Positions 18,098-28,068 of a DNA stretch of 64,000 nt are shown in pieces. Position numbers and translations under genes: made by a program. The first letter of the stretch is position 1; every line of letters starts with the position of its first letter. The notes below the pieces were generated by a model. That model was not told the origin of the DNA and did no database searches. It worked only from the letters and a program-made list of their open reading frames with translations. This stretch comes from Dehalococcoidia bacterium (GTDB lineage Bacteria; Chloroflexota; Dehalococcoidia; Bin125): positions 1,312,001 to 1,376,000 of the forward strand of contig CAXXSR010000001.1 in assembly GCA_963662615.2 (NCBI GenBank), given 5' to 3'.

Positions 18098-19039
18098 CTA
18101 TGTCGCGGGCGCCACACCCTGCCGCCGCAGAAACTCCAGCAACAACCGATTGCACTCGTCCGGCCGCTCCTGCTGCACCCAGTGCGACGTGTCAGGCAGG
18201 TACCTGATCTCGAACGGCCCGGCGAAGAACTCCTCCATGCCCTGCGTCAGCTCCACGCCTAGCGCCGTATCCTCTTCCCCCCAGATTGCCAGCGTCGGCA
18301 TGTGCAGCAAGGGGAATACCCGCCCCTGGCCCGCCAAGATGGCGGGCCCCATCCCGCTGCGGAAGAGGGCGCGGTAGTAGTTGAGCGCCGCGGTCAGCGC
18401 GCCGCGCTTCGCTGCCGCCTCCTGAAACCGACGCACGTCTTCGTCACTGAAAGCCTCCTTCCTCACCGCCGTCCCACGCAGGACGCTCGCCAAGGTGCGG
18501 TAGTTGCCCCGGGAGAGGACGAACTCCGGCAGCCAGGGAATCTGAAAGAAGAACATGTACCAGGATCGGCGCAGCTGCCTGACGTTGAGCCGCCAGCCCC
18601 GCCGCATGTTCTGAGCGAAGGCGCCGGGGTGTGGCGCGTTCATGACGATCAGCGCCCGCACGACCTCCGGTCGCATGAAGGCGAGCTGGAAGGCAACAAT
18701 CCCGCCCCAGTCGTGCCCAACGACCACCGCCTCCGTCTCGCCGAAATGCTCGATCAGCGCCCGCACGTCCCGCGCCAGCCGCTCCAAGCGGTACGCGCCC
18801 ACGCCCCTGGGCTTACTGGAGTCGTTGTAGCCGCGCAGGTCGGGTGCCACGACGTGGTAGCCCGCCGCTGCCATTGCCGGGATCTGGTGGCGCCAGGAGT
18901 ACCAGAATTCGGGAAAGCCGTGCAGCAACACCATCAGCGGGCGCCTGCCTACCCCGCCCGGCCGCTGCTCCACGAAGTGCAGGCGAACGCCCGGCTCCAC
19001 CTCGGCGTCGCCATGCGTCCAGCTCTCCGCAACCGTCAT
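18098..19039 (-). CDS. Epoxide hydrolase-like alpha/beta hydrolase
   Basis: HGFPEFWYSW, GHDWGG, NYYRA, SHWVQ. Confidence 0.9.
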   Translation of the reverse strand: MTVAESWTHGDAEVEPGVRLHFVEQRPGGVGRRPLMVLLHGFPEFWYSWRHQIPAMAAAGYHVVAPDLRGYNDSSKPRGVGAYRLERLARDVRALIEHFGETEAVVVGHDWGGIVAFQLAFMRPEVVRALIVMNAPHPGAFAQNMRRGWRLNVRQLRRSWYMFFFQIPWLPEFVLSRGNYRTLASVLRGTAVRKEAFSDEDVRRFQEAAAKRGALTAALNYYRALFRSGMGPAILAGQGRVFPLLHMPTLAIWGEEDTALGVELTQGMEEFFAGPFEIRYLPDTSHWVQQERPDECNRLLLEFLRRQGVAPAT

Positions 19040-19120
19040 GACCCGTCCGCGGTTGCGCCTCCGTCCTCACCTTTCGGAAGGACGCCGCTCCCCGCCCATG
19101 CGGCTCGCACTCGGCGCCGT

Positions 19121-20392
19121 CTAGGGGTTGAGCCAGACGAGCGGATCTTGGGACGCTCCGCCCATGAAAATCTCGAAGTGCAGGTGCGCGCCGGTCGAAT
19201 ATCCGGTGCTGCCCACGAAGCCGATCAGGTCGCCCGCCTCCACGTACTCGCCCAAGAACACGTCGATGTGGCTCATATGGGCGTAGCGCGTCACCACGCC
19301 TCCCCCATGGTCCACCAGCACCGCCTGTCCGAAGCCGCCGTCCCAGCCGGCCTGCACGACCACCCCGGGCGCGGCCGCGCCAATGAACGTCCCGGTGGGC
19401 GCACAAACGTCGATGCCGGTGTGGTAGCCGTAGCGATTCCCCCGCGGCGTGCCGTAGAAGTCGCACATAATCCCGCCAATCGGCCAGCGGAACTCGGGGA
19501 TCGCGTAGACCGGGCCGGCCGCCCCGAACCCGAAGGCAACGGAGGCGCTGCCCCCGACCAGCAGAATCGTCGAGCCCTCCACGAAATGGTCCGGGCTCTC
19601 CAGCCCGTTCCCCTCGAACGCGAGGACGTCGTCAACCTCGGCTGCGTAGTTCTCCGCAATGCCGAAAAGGGTGTCGCCTAGCAGCACCGTGTACACCACC
19701 CCGTCCCGCGCCGGGATCGTCAGTTGCGCCCCCGATTCCAGAAAGTCCGGGTTGCGGATCTCCCAGTTGTTAAACAAGATCGACTCAGCTTGCAGACCAA
19801 AGCGACGCGCCAGCTTCTCCACGCTGTCGCCGCGCTGCACTTCGTAGGGGAACGAGGGAGGCAACGGCGTGCCCGGCGCCAGCCCCAGACGGACCAGCAA
19901 GGCCGATTCCGATAACGTTTCCTCTATTTGAGCGGGCGGCTCCACACGCACCAACGCCGGGTTCGCCGCCACGGCAACCAGATTCTGCACCTGCGCGGCA
20001 GTGTGCAGCGGCTCCACCGCCAAGCGCGGCGCCTCTACGATGTCGGCCGCGAGATGGCTCGCGTACCGCCGCGCCGTCACGGTAGCCGGCGAATCGCTCC
20101 CGCTCGGGTGAAGGATCCCGACGTCGCGCAACTCCGTGATGTTGGCCGGAGCGCCGCTGCCGACCCCAGGCAGCACGACTTGCACGGCCAGCGAGGCCAC
20201 CACCACAGGCGGCGGCGGCTCTGGCAGCGCGCTGCTGTCGTCGGGGCGGAAGAGGGCGGCCAGCCCCGCCACCAGGGCCGCAATGAGCACTGCCGCCACC
20301 GACAGCTCGTGGAAGTGGTGCCGTCTCCCGCCAACGTCAATCTCGGCGCCACGGCCCAACGTTCCCCGCAGCGGTACCGTTCGCCCGACCAT
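19121..20392 (-). CDS. LysM x2 + M23 metallopeptidase
   Basis: YEVQRGDS and YTVLLGDTL LysM repeats; HTGID, YAHM, STGAHLHFE. Confidence 0.9.
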   Translation of the reverse strand: MVGRTVPLRGTLGRGAEIDVGGRRHHFHELSVAAVLIAALVAGLAALFRPDDSSALPEPPPPVVVASLAVQVVLPGVGSGAPANITELRDVGILHPSGSDSPATVTARRYASHLAADIVEAPRLAVEPLHTAAQVQNLVAVAANPALVRVEPPAQIEETLSESALLVRLGLAPGTPLPPSFPYEVQRGDSVEKLARRFGLQAESILFNNWEIRNPDFLESGAQLTIPARDGVVYTVLLGDTLFGIAENYAAEVDDVLAFEGNGLESPDHFVEGSTILLVGGSASVAFGFGAAGPVYAIPEFRWPIGGIMCDFYGTPRGNRYGYHTGIDVCAPTGTFIGAAAPGVVVQAGWDGGFGQAVLVDHGGGVVTRYAHMSHIDVFLGEYVEAGDLIGFVGSTGYSTGAHLHFEIFMGGASQDPLVWLNP

Positions 20393-20541
20393 CGGCGTGC
20401 GGCTCCTCCCCGCCGGAGTGTACGACGCCGAGCGCTTGACAGCAGCCCTCGCCAGGGTCGGTTGTGCGTTCCCTCACAAGGCGCATCGGGCGCGGCGGCC
20501 GATTTGATATACTGACGGTACCCGTGAGAAAGGGGGCTCAA

Positions 20542-20595
20542 ATGCTTCGAGTTGCCATTCACGCTCTCTACGGAGTCCGTCAAACTCACAGATGA
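20542..20595 (+). CDS. Putative 17-aa leader or small peptide, MLRVAIHALYGVRQTHR
   Basis: Extended -10 TGaTATACT (20505-13), RBS AAAGGGGG, ATG...TGA, followed by a terminator. Confidence 0.45.
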   Translation: MLRVAIHALYGVRQTHR

Positions 20596-20622
20596 GCCCC
20601 AACTGGGGCAAAACTCTGACAG

Positions 20623-20650
20623 AACGCCCCCGCTCGGCGGGGGCGTTTTC
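20623..20650 (+). terminator. Rho-independent terminator
   Basis: AACGCCCCCGC-TCG-GCGGGGGCGTT followed by TTC. Confidence 0.75.
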
Positions 20651-20707
20651 GTTGCCAGTGTCTTCGTTGCCAGAGTGTTCGTTGCCAGAGTGTTCGTTGC
20701 CAGCGCC
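20648..20707. repeat. 4 x 15-bp tandem repeat TTCGTTGCCAG(A/T/C)GYS
   Basis: Visible directly in the sequence. Confidence 0.9.
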
Positions 20708-20812
20708 TTCGATACCGGCGTCTCTCGCTCAAACGAAGCCCGCCAGGGCGAATGCGCAGCCTTGTGCGCTTGCGGACCCGTCGCGCCCTCCCTAGCCTCC
20801 TCGCCAACGCCC

Positions 20813-21631
20813 ATGAACAACGCCGCCTCGGGAGGCGAGCCCACCGATCCAAACGGCCACCTGCCCGATGTGCAGCGCGCCGTCGAGATCCTTCTGGCTG
20901 CACACCACTGCGCCGCCTTGACCGGAGCCGGCATCAGCGCCGAAAGCGGCGTCCCCACATTCCGCGGCAAGGACGGTCTCTGGACCAAGCAGGGCGAGCC
21001 ACCCCCCAACCAGTACCGCCTCTTCCAGGACGACCCGGCTGCCTGGTGGCGGCGCCTCCAAGCGCGCCGGGAGGATCCGGACGAACTGGCCACGGCGCTC
21101 GCCGAAGCCGTCCCCAACGACGCCCACTTCGCCCTGGCGGAGCTGGAGCGGCTCGGCGTCCTCAAGCACACCATCACGCAGAACGTCGACGGCCTCCACC
21201 GGCTGGCCGGCAGCGCCCGCCTCACCGAGATCCACGGCAACCGCGCCCTCTTGCGCTGTACCCGCTGCAACGACAGACGCCCGTTTGACGAGATCCCCGA
21301 AGCGCTGCCGCCCCACTGCGAGCGCTGCCACGGACTGCTCAAACCCGACACGGTCATGTTCGGCGAGCCCATCCCGCGGGACACCCTGGTCGCGGCCATG
21401 GCTGAAGCGGGCCGCGCCGACTGCATGCTCCTCATAGGCACCACAGCCCTCGTCTCGCCCGCCGCCGATCTCGCTTGGGAGGCGTACAGCCGCGGCGCTC
21501 CGTTGATCGAGATCAACCTCGATCCCACCGTCATCAGCGATCGCTGCGCCGTGGCCATCCACGGCAAAGCCGGCGAGATCCTGCCTCGCATCGTCGATCG
21601 CCTGAAACGCCGACTGCCCGCCGCGCCCTGA
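20813..21631 (+). CDS. cobB: NAD-dependent protein deacylase (Sir2 family)
   Basis: TGAGISAESGVPTFRG, TQNVDGLH, HGN, CxxC...CxxC, KPDTVMFGE. Confidence 0.9.
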   Translation: MNNAASGGEPTDPNGHLPDVQRAVEILLAAHHCAALTGAGISAESGVPTFRGKDGLWTKQGEPPPNQYRLFQDDPAAWWRRLQARREDPDELATALAEAVPNDAHFALAELERLGVLKHTITQNVDGLHRLAGSARLTEIHGNRALLRCTRCNDRRPFDEIPEALPPHCERCHGLLKPDTVMFGEPIPRDTLVAAMAEAGRADCMLLIGTTALVSPAADLAWEAYSRGAPLIEINLDPTVISDRCAVAIHGKAGEILPRIVDRLKRRLPAAP

Positions 21632-21825
21632 TGCACGACCTGCCACCACCCCCATCCTCCTTGCGCCCCGTCCTCCTTGCGCCCCGTCCTCCCTGCGATA
21701 GTCCCGTGCTCCAGCGCCGGCGCGCTCGGGCGGGAGTGCGCAGCCGCGTGGCGAAACTGGCCCGCCGCGCACGCCGCGCGTACAATCGTCCGCGGTCCAC
21801 GCCGACCTGGAAACTGAGGCGCATT

Positions 21826-22644
21826 GTGCGAGAGCCGGCCCTGGACGGCCACTGGGCGCTGATCCTCGGCGCCTCCAGCGGCTTCGGCGGCGCCACCGCC
21901 GTCAGACTTGCCGCTGCCGGCATGAACATCTGCGGCGTCCACCTGGACCGCCGCGCCACCTTGCCCAACGTCGATCGCATCAAGGCCGCCATTGAGCGCG
22001 ACCACGAACGCCAGGCCGCCTTCCACAACGTCAACGCCGCCGACGAGGCCAAGCGCAGCGACGTCTTGGACGACCTCCAACACCGCCTTGAGCAGCAAGA
22101 GAACAGGCCGCACGTCCGCATCGTCCTGCACTCGCTGGCCTTCGGCACCCTGGGTCGGTTCATCGCCCCCGACGATCAGCGCCAGGCGATCGGCCAGCGG
22201 CAGTTAGAGATGACCCTGGACGTCATGGCCAACACGCTCGTCTACTGGGTCCAGGATCTCGTGAGCCGCGACCTCTTGGGCCCGGGAAGCAAGATCTACG
22301 CGATGACCTCCTCCGGCGACCAGCGCGTCATCCCCCACTACGGCGCCGTCAGCGCCGCCAAAGCCGCCTTGGGGTCGCACATCCGCCAGCTCGCGGCGGA
22401 AATGGCGCCGCTCGGCATCGCCGCCAACGCCATCAAGGCCGGCGTGACCGCCACGCCGGCACTCGAGCGCATCCCCGGCGCCGACAAGCTCTTGGCCTTC
22501 GCGACCGACCACAACCCCAGCGGCCGCGTAACGACGCCCGAGGACGTGGCCGAGGCCATCGTCCGCCTCAGCATCGCCGACTCTCACTGGTTGACCGGCA
22601 ATACCATCAACGTCGATGGCGGTGAAGACATCGTCGTCGTCTAG
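21826..22644 (+). CDS. SDR oxidoreductase, enoyl-ACP reductase (FabL-like)
   Basis: GASSGFG, YGAVSAAK, TGNTINVDGG. Confidence 0.8.
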   Translation: MREPALDGHWALILGASSGFGGATAVRLAAAGMNICGVHLDRRATLPNVDRIKAAIERDHERQAAFHNVNAADEAKRSDVLDDLQHRLEQQENRPHVRIVLHSLAFGTLGRFIAPDDQRQAIGQRQLEMTLDVMANTLVYWVQDLVSRDLLGPGSKIYAMTSSGDQRVIPHYGAVSAAKAALGSHIRQLAAEMAPLGIAANAIKAGVTATPALERIPGADKLLAFATDHNPSGRVTTPEDVAEAIVRLSIADSHWLTGNTINVDGGEDIVVV

Positions 22645-22667
22645 GCCCCCGGACGAAGTGTCGAACC

Positions 22668-23903
22668 ATGCCCCCACGCGCCCTCAACGGCATCCGCGTC
22701 GCCGATCTCTCCTGGATCGTCGCCGGCCCGCAATGTACCCGCGTCCTCGCCGACTTCGGCGCCGAGGTCATCCGGGTCGAAAATCCCCAGACGCTCGACT
22801 CGGTTCGCCTCAGCCGTCCCCACCCGCAGGGCCTGGATCCGCCCGACTCCTCCGGCCTCTTCAACCTCTTCAACCGCAACAAGCGGTCGATCACTCTCAA
22901 TGCCCGCCACCCCGATGGCCTTGCCGCGCTCAAGCGCCTCATCGCGATCTCCGACATCGTGGTGGAGAACTTCTCCTCACGCGTGCTGGAAAGCTGGGGC
23001 TTGGGCTATCCAGAACTGCGCGCCATTCGCAGCGACATCATCTACGTCTCCCTCTCCGGCTTCGGCCACAGCGGCCGCAACCGCGACTACACGACCTGGG
23101 GCCCCACGGCCCAGGCCCTCAGCGGCCTCACCGTGATGTCCGGCCTGCCCGACAAGCCGCCGGCCGGCTGGGGCTACTCCTACATGGACCACACCGCGGG
23201 CTACTCCGCCGCCATCGCCACCCTGGCAGCCCTGCGCCACCGCGGGCGCACCGGCGAGGGCCAGCACATCGACCTCTCCCAGGTGGAGGCGGGCATGGTC
23301 CTCTGCGGCCCCGCCATCCTGGACTACACTGCCAACGGCCGTTCCTACCGACGCGCCGGCAACCCGCCCGGCAACCGCGCCGCCTGGCCCAAAGCGGCGC
23401 CCCACAACTCCTATCGCTGCGCCGGCGAAGATGCCTGGATCGTGATCACCTGCCTGACCCACACCCAATGGCGGGCGCTCTGCACCGTGCTCGCCCACCC
23501 TGAATGGCTCCAAGACCCCCGCTTCGCCACCTTGCCCAGCCGACTGCGCAATCAGGACGCCCTGGACACGCTCATTGAGGGCTGGACGACCGGGCGCGAT
23601 CCCCGTGCCGCCATGCAGGCGCTGCAAGCGAACGGCGTTCCCGCCGGCATGGTCCAGAACGGTCCCGCCATTGCCCGGGACGACCCCCAAATGCGCGCCC
23701 GCGGCTTCACCGCGCGCAACGTTCACGCCGTCCTGGGCGACCACCTCACCGACGGCACGCCCGCCCACCTGAGCCGGACCCCGGCGCGGCGCGACGCCGC
23801 CGCGCCCCTGCTGGGGCAGGACAACGCCTACGTCTACCGCCGCCTCCTGGGCTACAGCGAGGAGGGACTGCGCGAGTTAGAAGCGGCGGGCGCATTGGGA
23901 TGA
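22668..23903 (+). CDS. Class III CoA-transferase (CaiB/BaiF), Asp-containing subunit
   Basis: LNGIRVAD, AGP, GAEVIRVE, NRNKRS, YMDHTAG. Confidence 0.9.
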   Translation: MPPRALNGIRVADLSWIVAGPQCTRVLADFGAEVIRVENPQTLDSVRLSRPHPQGLDPPDSSGLFNLFNRNKRSITLNARHPDGLAALKRLIAISDIVVENFSSRVLESWGLGYPELRAIRSDIIYVSLSGFGHSGRNRDYTTWGPTAQALSGLTVMSGLPDKPPAGWGYSYMDHTAGYSAAIATLAALRHRGRTGEGQHIDLSQVEAGMVLCGPAILDYTANGRSYRRAGNPPGNRAAWPKAAPHNSYRCAGEDAWIVITCLTHTQWRALCTVLAHPEWLQDPRFATLPSRLRNQDALDTLIEGWTTGRDPRAAMQALQANGVPAGMVQNGPAIARDDPQMRARGFTARNVHAVLGDHLTDGTPAHLSRTPARRDAAAPLLGQDNAYVYRRLLGYSEEGLRELEAAGALG

Positions 23904-25150
23904 GCGGCGCTCTTGACGGCATCCGCGTCCTTGACCTCTGCGACCCCAAAGGCCAGTACATCGGTCGCCTGCTCGCCAATCTCGGCGCCGACGTCATCAA
24001 GATCGAGCCACCTCGCGGCGATGCCGCCCGCCGCATCGGCCCCTTCCTGGACGATGTTCCACATCCTGAACGCTCCCTTTTCTGGTGGTATTACAACGCC
24101 GGCAAGTGCTCGCTCGCCCTGGACATCTTTCAGCCGGACGGCGCCGCGCTCGTCCGGCGGCTCGCGGCCTCGGCGCGGATCGTCCTGGAGTCGTTCACGC
24201 CGGGCGTCCTCGCCCCGCTCGGGCTCGACTACGCCTCCTTGGCGGCGCCCCACGCCGATCTCGTCATGACCAGCCTCACGCCCTTCGGCCGGTCCGGCCC
24301 CTGGGCCCGCTGGGCCTGGTCCGACGCCGTCGCGCTCGCGCTGGGCGGGCCCATGTCCATGTGTGGCTACGACGACGTCCCCGGCGCGCCTCCCATTCGT
24401 GGCACCGAACATCAGGCCTTTCACATCGGCTCGCACTACGCCGCCATCGGCACGCTCCTGGCGCTCTTCCACTGCGATCGTACCGGGGAGGGACAACACG
24501 TCGATGTCTCCGTCCACGAGGCCTGCGCCTGCACGATTGAGGCGGGCATGCCCTACGCCCTCCTTCAGGGCCGCTCCCTGCACCGCCACACCGGCCGCCA
24601 CGCCGGCCCCGACCCAACCGAGCCCTGGCAGTACCCCACCGCCGATGGCCGGCTGATCAACCTCATGGGCATGCCCCGCAGCGACGCCGACTGGATCGCC
24701 ATCGTTGACTGGATCGGCGAGCAGGGCCTGGTGGGCAACCTTCGCGACCCCGAACTCCGGGACGCGGGCAAGCGCCGCTTGGGTCTCAGTCAGGAGTCGG
24801 CGCGACAGATGCTCGCCGACCTCGCCCGCTTCGTCGCCGCCACGCCCGCACTCGCGGTCTACCACGGCGGACAGAGTCGCGGCGCGGCCTGGAGCGTCGT
24901 CCGCTCACCGGAGGAGAATCTGGCCGACCCGCATTGGCTAGACCGCGGCTTTTTCGTCGATGTCGAGCATGACGATCTGGGGCGCTCCATCACCTACCCC
25001 GGCGCCCCCTACCAGCTCAGCGCCACCCCCTGGGAGCAACGGGGCCGCGCTCCCCACCTCGGCCAGCACACCGCCGCCATCCTCACCCGCGACCTGGGCC
25101 TGACCTCTCCAGAGCTAACGGCGCTGGCGGCCGCTGGAATCATCGCCTGA
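23900..25150 (+). CDS. Class III CoA-transferase-like subunit lacking the catalytic Asp
   Basis: LDGIRVLDL, GADVIKIE, GEGQHVD; HQAFHIG at the Asp-equivalent site; ATGA overlap with the upstream gene. Confidence 0.88.
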   Translation: MSGALDGIRVLDLCDPKGQYIGRLLANLGADVIKIEPPRGDAARRIGPFLDDVPHPERSLFWWYYNAGKCSLALDIFQPDGAALVRRLAASARIVLESFTPGVLAPLGLDYASLAAPHADLVMTSLTPFGRSGPWARWAWSDAVALALGGPMSMCGYDDVPGAPPIRGTEHQAFHIGSHYAAIGTLLALFHCDRTGEGQHVDVSVHEACACTIEAGMPYALLQGRSLHRHTGRHAGPDPTEPWQYPTADGRLINLMGMPRSDADWIAIVDWIGEQGLVGNLRDPELRDAGKRRLGLSQESARQMLADLARFVAATPALAVYHGGQSRGAAWSVVRSPEENLADPHWLDRGFFVDVEHDDLGRSITYPGAPYQLSATPWEQRGRAPHLGQHTAAILTRDLGLTSPELTALAAAGIIA

Positions 25151-25255
25151 GCCGCTGTCGGGCCCGCCCGCTTTCGCAGCGGGCGCCGAAGGTATTCCCC
25201 TTGCGCATCCGACCGCGCGCCCACTAGGTCACAAGCCCCTAGCATGAGAAGAGCG

Positions 25256-26572
25256 ATGTCCGACCGCAAACCCCGCCGTCGCCGACGCCGCCGACGTTCC
25301 CGCGGTCAGGCGGCGAACCCGCCACCCGCGCAAGACAGCGGCGATTCCGCACCACCGCCCAGCGACGATTCCGATGCAGAACCCGCTGCCGCCGGCAGGC
25401 GTGGCGCCCGCGGCGACGGCAAGCGGCGGGCCCGTCCCCAAACCGTTTGGGGCATCCCCCGCACCATGTTCATGATCGGCATCGGCCTTATCTTTATGAC
25501 CATCGTCGTCTTCATCCTCCCGGAGATCGTCTCATCCAGCGACGATGATGACCGCATCGAGTTCACCAAACTGCGTCAGTTCCCCGACCAAGGCCGCCGC
25601 CATCTCACTGCGGGCGCAACATTCGACAGCTACAACAGCTTCCCGCCCACCTCGGGCCCGCAAGCGGAGGAGGGCAGCCCTCCCGGGATTTACGGGCCCG
25701 ACGAGCCGGCGCCGTTCGACGTTCCGCCGGCGCCGGCGGAGTTCCTGCCGCTCCTGGAGCTGGGCGGACTGGTCTTCTACTACGACCCCGGCGCCCTCCC
25801 CTCATCGGACGCGGAGGAGTTGCGCGCATTTGTGGCGGCCCAGCTCGACTTGGGTCGTAACGTGGCGCTCGCGCCAATCGAGCAACTCGCGCAACGGATC
25901 AAGCCGGCGGAAGCAAGTGCGCCCATCATTGCGGCAGCCTGGCGGCACCATCTCCTCATCCAGGCCCTGGACGAAGAAGGCGCCCCTATCCCAGGCCTGG
26001 ACGACGCGGGCGCCGAGCAGCTACGCGCCTTCGCCGCTCCCGACCCCGACGGCTACTATGAGCGCTTCATCCTCGATCCCACCGCGCGAGAGGCCGCCCT
26101 CCGCGCTCCCCCAACCGCCTTCAGCGACCGCCGCCTGCGGAGGTTCGATGACGAGCTAACCGCCGCCGATCAGCAGCACCTGCCGCCGGGAGAGCCCATC
26201 TCGTACCCTGCTTCGCCGCCCTACGGCGGCTCTCACTGGGAGATCCCGACCCCCTGCGGCGTCTATGCCGAGCAGCAGGCCTTCGAGGGCCTGGTCCACA
26301 CCATGGAGCACGGCGCCGTCATCATCTACTACCAGCCCGACGTCTTTAGTCCCGACGAAGTCAACGAACTCCGCACCCTGGTGCTTGACCTTCTTGCTGA
26401 CGATAGGCGCATCATCCTCACGCCGAACCAGGACATCTCCTCGCCCCTCACCCTCACCGCTTGGGGCGCCATCTTGGAGCTCGACCGCTTGGAGGAGGAA
26501 ACCGTCCCTGGCTTCGTCAACGCCTTCGAGAATCGTGGGCCGGAGCGCTTCTCGCGCGAGCAGGCCTGTTGA
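25256..26572 (+). CDS. Membrane-anchored protein with two DUF3105 domains
   Basis: TM segment; GRRH..YNSFPPTSGP and PPYGGSHW..VHTMEHG..LTAW motifs. Confidence 0.75.
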   Translation: MSDRKPRRRRRRRRSRGQAANPPPAQDSGDSAPPPSDDSDAEPAAAGRRGARGDGKRRARPQTVWGIPRTMFMIGIGLIFMTIVVFILPEIVSSSDDDDRIEFTKLRQFPDQGRRHLTAGATFDSYNSFPPTSGPQAEEGSPPGIYGPDEPAPFDVPPAPAEFLPLLELGGLVFYYDPGALPSSDAEELRAFVAAQLDLGRNVALAPIEQLAQRIKPAEASAPIIAAAWRHHLLIQALDEEGAPIPGLDDAGAEQLRAFAAPDPDGYYERFILDPTAREAALRAPPTAFSDRRLRRFDDELTAADQQHLPPGEPISYPASPPYGGSHWEIPTPCGVYAEQQAFEGLVHTMEHGAVIIYYQPDVFSPDEVNELRTLVLDLLADDRRIILTPNQDISSPLTLTAWGAILELDRLEEETVPGFVNAFENRGPERFSREQAC

Positions 26573-26659
26573 GTACACGAGGCCTGCAGGTAGGCTCGTA
26601 GAGGAGGGGCGTCGGACCCCCCAGCTAAGGGAGGCCCCTCAACCAAGGGAGACGATGAG

Positions 26660-27232
26660 ATGATGGGAGTTGTGACGCGCGCGTTCACTCGCCGCCGGGC
26701 TTGGCTGAGCATGGCGACCGCCGCCGCCGCCGCCGCCCTCATCGCCGCCGCTTGCGGCGGTGGCGGCGGCGGATCGGACTTCGAACACCCCCGGCTTCTC
26801 CGCTTCGAGGACGAACGGGTCACATCGGGCCAGCCTCATGCGGAACCCGGCACGCCCATCTCCTATCCCAGCACGCCTCCCTACGCCGGTCCGCACTGGT
26901 CCACCCCCAGGCCCTGTCGCGTCTACCAGGAGCAGCAAGCCTTCGAAGGCCTGGTCCACACCATGGAGCACGGCGGCGTCATCATCTACTTCCAGCCCGA
27001 CGTCTTCGCCTCCGACGAAGTCAACGAACTCCGCACTGTGGCCCTGGATCTCCTCAACGACAACAAGCGCATCGTCCTCACGCCCCACCGCGATATTCAG
27101 TCGCGCATCGTCTTGGCGGCCTGGGGCGTGCTCCTCCCGCTGGATGATTTCGACGAGACCATCATCCGCGACTTCACCGACACATTCGAGAACGAAGGCC
27201 CGGAGAAGATCCCCCGCTCGAATGCCTGCTAG
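26660..27232 (+). CDS. DUF3105 lipoprotein
   Basis: RRR signal with LIAAAC lipobox; PPYAGPHW, VHTMEHG, LAAWG. Confidence 0.8.
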   Translation: MMGVVTRAFTRRRAWLSMATAAAAAALIAAACGGGGGGSDFEHPRLLRFEDERVTSGQPHAEPGTPISYPSTPPYAGPHWSTPRPCRVYQEQQAFEGLVHTMEHGGVIIYFQPDVFASDEVNELRTVALDLLNDNKRIVLTPHRDIQSRIVLAAWGVLLPLDDFDETIIRDFTDTFENEGPEKIPRSNAC

Positions 27233-27303
27233 CATCACCCCCCGGACCGGGGCCATAGGGCTTCGGCTGCGCGACCGCTACTCTCGCCGTCAAGGAGCCG
27301 TGC

Positions 27304-28068
27304 ATGCCCGACGACGCCGAGCCGATCGTCGAGGCCACCGACATCGACAAGACGTACCGCACAGATGGCGCCGCGATCCAGGCCCTGCGCGGCGTCTCGC
27401 TTCGGGTGGCCCGCGGCGAGATGGTCAGCATTATGGGGCCGTCCGGCTGCGGCAAGACCACGCTCCTCAACTGCCTCTCCGGCCTCGACGACGTCGATAG
27501 CGGCGTCGTCCGCATTGAGGGCGAGGAGATCCAGCGCCTCTCCGACAACGCCCGCACCGACTATCGCGCCCGCCGTATGGGCTTCGTCTTCCAGTTCTAC
27601 AACCTCCTGCCCGTGCTCTCGGCGGTGGAGAACGTGGAGTTGCCCCTCCTGGTCAGCGGCGTCTCCGCCGGGCAGGCCCGGGAGCGCTCGCGTCGCGCCC
27701 TCGCGGAACTTCACCTCGCCGAGTGGGAGTCGCACCGGCCCGCGCAGCTCTCCGGCGGCCAGCGCCAGCGCGTGACCATCGCCCGCGCCTTGGTCAACAA
27801 CCCCGCCATCGTCTGGGCCGACGAACCCACCGGCGACCTCGACAGCGTCAACGCCGGCGAGATCCTGGACATCATCCAGCGTCTCAATGACGAGAACGGG
27901 CAGTCCTTCGTCATCGTCACCCACGACCCCGTTATCGCCGCCCGCGGCCACCGCACCATCCTCATGCGCGACGGCCGCATTGAGGGCGAAGAGCGGCATC
28001 GGCCCCTCACCTCGCGGCCCATCCCTCGGCGCGATCTCCCCGGCGCCGCCGGCGCTAGCACGCCGTGA
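27304..28068 (+). CDS. ABC transporter ATP-binding protein (LolD/MacB-type)
   Basis: [25 protein letters not shown]. Confidence 0.95.
   Translation: MPDDAEPIVEATDIDKTYRTDGAAIQALRGVSLRVARGEMVSIMGPSGCGKTTLLNCLSGLDDVDSGVVRIEGEEIQRLSDNARTDYRARRMGFVFQFYNLLPVLSAVENVELPLLVSGVSAGQARERSRRALAELHLAEWESHRPAQLSGGQRQRVTIARALVNNPAIVWADEPTGDLDSVNAGEILDIIQRLNDENGQSFVIVTHDPVIAARGHRTILMRDGRIEGEERHRPLTSRPIPRRDLPGAAGASTP

Noticed and set aside
20520-20620. Resemblance to a purine riboswitch (TCTAC..CCGTCAA), the tmRNA 5' end (GGGGGCT..TTCGA) or a minus-strand c-di-AMP riboswitch
   Set aside because: P2 and its GG loop are missing, there is no tmRNA 3' T-arm or CCA, and the ydaO pairing partner is absent.
20813-21631. 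Sir2 protein as an antiphage NADase
   Set aside because: Canonical Zn-ribbon CobB-type deacylase with no defence partner genes nearby.
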